NCBI RefSeq assembly: GCF_028641065.1 | Contig: NC_073404.1 | Span: 22,692,001 to 22,756,000, forward strand | Direction of reading: 5' to 3' | DNA: 64,000 nt | Source of the DNA: Leucoraja erinacea | Taxonomy: Eukaryota | In this document: piece after piece, positions 62,518 through 64,000 of the stretch | Layout: each line of letters starts with the position of its first letter | Position numbering within the stretch: position 1 is the first letter of the stretch | The notes under the pieces: model-generated | The model's database searches: none | What the model was told of the DNA's origin: nothing | What the model saw: the letters and a program-made list of their open reading frames with translations, nothing else | Program-made: the position numbers and the translations under genes

Positions 62518-64000
62518 TCATAGAAACATAGAAAATAGGTGCAGGAGTAGGCCATTCGGCCCTTCGAACCTGCACCGCCATTCAATATGATCATGGCTGA
62601 TCATCCAACTCGGTATCCTGTACCTGCCTTCTCTCCATACCCCCTGATCCCTTTAGCCACAAGGGCCACATCTAACTCCCTCTTAAATATAGCCAATGAA
62701 CTGGCCTCAACTACCTTATGTGGCAGAGAATTCCAGAGATTCACCACTCTCTGTGTGAAAAATGTTTTCCTCATCTCGGTCCTAAAAGATTTCCCCCTTA
62801 TCCTTAAACTGTGACCCCTTGTTCTGGACTTCCCCAACATCGGGAACAATCTTCCTGCGTCTAGCCAGTCCAACCCCTTAAGAATTTTGTAAGTTTCTAT
62901 AAGATCCCCCCTCAATCTTCTAAATTCTAGCGAGTACAAGCCAAGTCTATCCAGTCTTTCTTCATATGAAAGTCCTGACATCCCAGGAATCAGTCTGGTG
63001 AACCTTCTCTGTACTCCCTCTATGGCAAGAATGTGTTTCCTCAGATTAGGAGACCAAAACTGTACGCAATACTCCAGGTGTGGTCTCACCAAGACCCTGT
63101 ACAACTGCAGTAGAATCTCCCTGCTCCTATACTCAAATCCTTTTGCTATGAATGCTAACATACCATTCGCTTTCTTCACTGCCTGCTGCACCTGCATGCC
63201 TACTTTCAATGACTGGTGTACCATGACACCCAGGTCTCGTTGCATCTCCCCCTTTCCAAATTGGCCACCATTCAGATAATAGTCTACTTTCCTGTTTTTG
63301 CCACCAAAGTGGATAACCTCACATTTATCCACATTATACTGCATCTGCCATGCATTTGCCCACTCACCCAGCCTATCCAAGTCACCTTGCAGCCTCCTAG
63401 CATCCTCCTCACAGCTAACACTGCCCCCCAGCTTCGTGTAATCCGCAAACTTGGAGATGTTGCATTCAATTCCCTCGTCCAAATCATTAATATATATTGT
63501 AAATAGCTGGGGTCCCAGCACTGAGCCTTGCGGTACCCCACTAGTCACTGCCTGCCATTGTGAAAAGGACGCGTTTACTCCTACTCTTTGCTTCCTGTCT
63601 GCCAGCCAGTTCTCTATCCACATCAATACTGAACCCCCAATACCGTGTGCTTTAAGTTTGTCTACTAATCTCTTATGTGGGACCTTGTCGAAAGCCTTCT
63701 GAAAGTCCAGATATAACACATCCACTGGTTCTCCCTTATCCACTCTACTAGTTACATCATCGAGAAATTCTATAAGATTCATCAGACATGATTTTCCTTT
63801 CATAAATCCATGCTGACTTTGTCCAATGATTTCACCACTTTCCAAATGTGCTGCTATCCCATCTTTAATAACTGATTCTGGCAGTTTCCCCACTACCGAT
63901 GTTAGACTAACTGGTCTGAAATTCCCCGTTTTCTCTCTCCCTCTTAAAAAGTGGGGTTACATTAGCTCCCCTCCAATCCTCAGGAACTATTCCAGAATCT
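62518..64000 (-). mobile_element. Young CR1 LINE (ORF2 RT domain 62601-63893, 3'UTR, (gaaacata)n tail) in an NF2-like intron; runs off the window
   Basis: YLDFQKAFDKVPH, GVPQGSVLGP, FADY and [15 protein letters not shown] in a 430-aa open frame. Confidence 0.95.

Overview
Vertebrate nuclear DNA; the repeat landscape (CR1 LINEs, tRNA SINEs with CR1 tails, Penelope-derived short elements) points to a cartilaginous fish, probably a skate or ray. Four spliced genes were reconstructed by hand from GT-AG junctions and protein recognition: PSPH (+, 5 coding exons, 225 aa), NIPSNAP2/GBAS (-, 10 exons, 295 aa), MRPS17 (-, 2 coding exons, 142 aa) and the first two coding exons of an NF2/merlin paralogue (+). 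Most ORFs in the supplied track are spurious or repeat-derived. Main leads: (1) four ultra-short CAAAGAT...TTTG elements (20-31 bp) with perfect 8-bp TSDs, three in CpG-island promoters, which resemble P-element excision footprints; (2) a 141-bp retroelement whose 5' end is exactly a minimal HDV-like ribozyme fold, plus a second degenerate HDV-headed RTE-type element; (3) a Penelope-derived hammerhead-bearing repeat family, often forming long hairpins; (4) a candidate alternative last exon of NIPSNAP2 with the same coding length as the canonical one and a duplicated 3'UTR stem-loop element.
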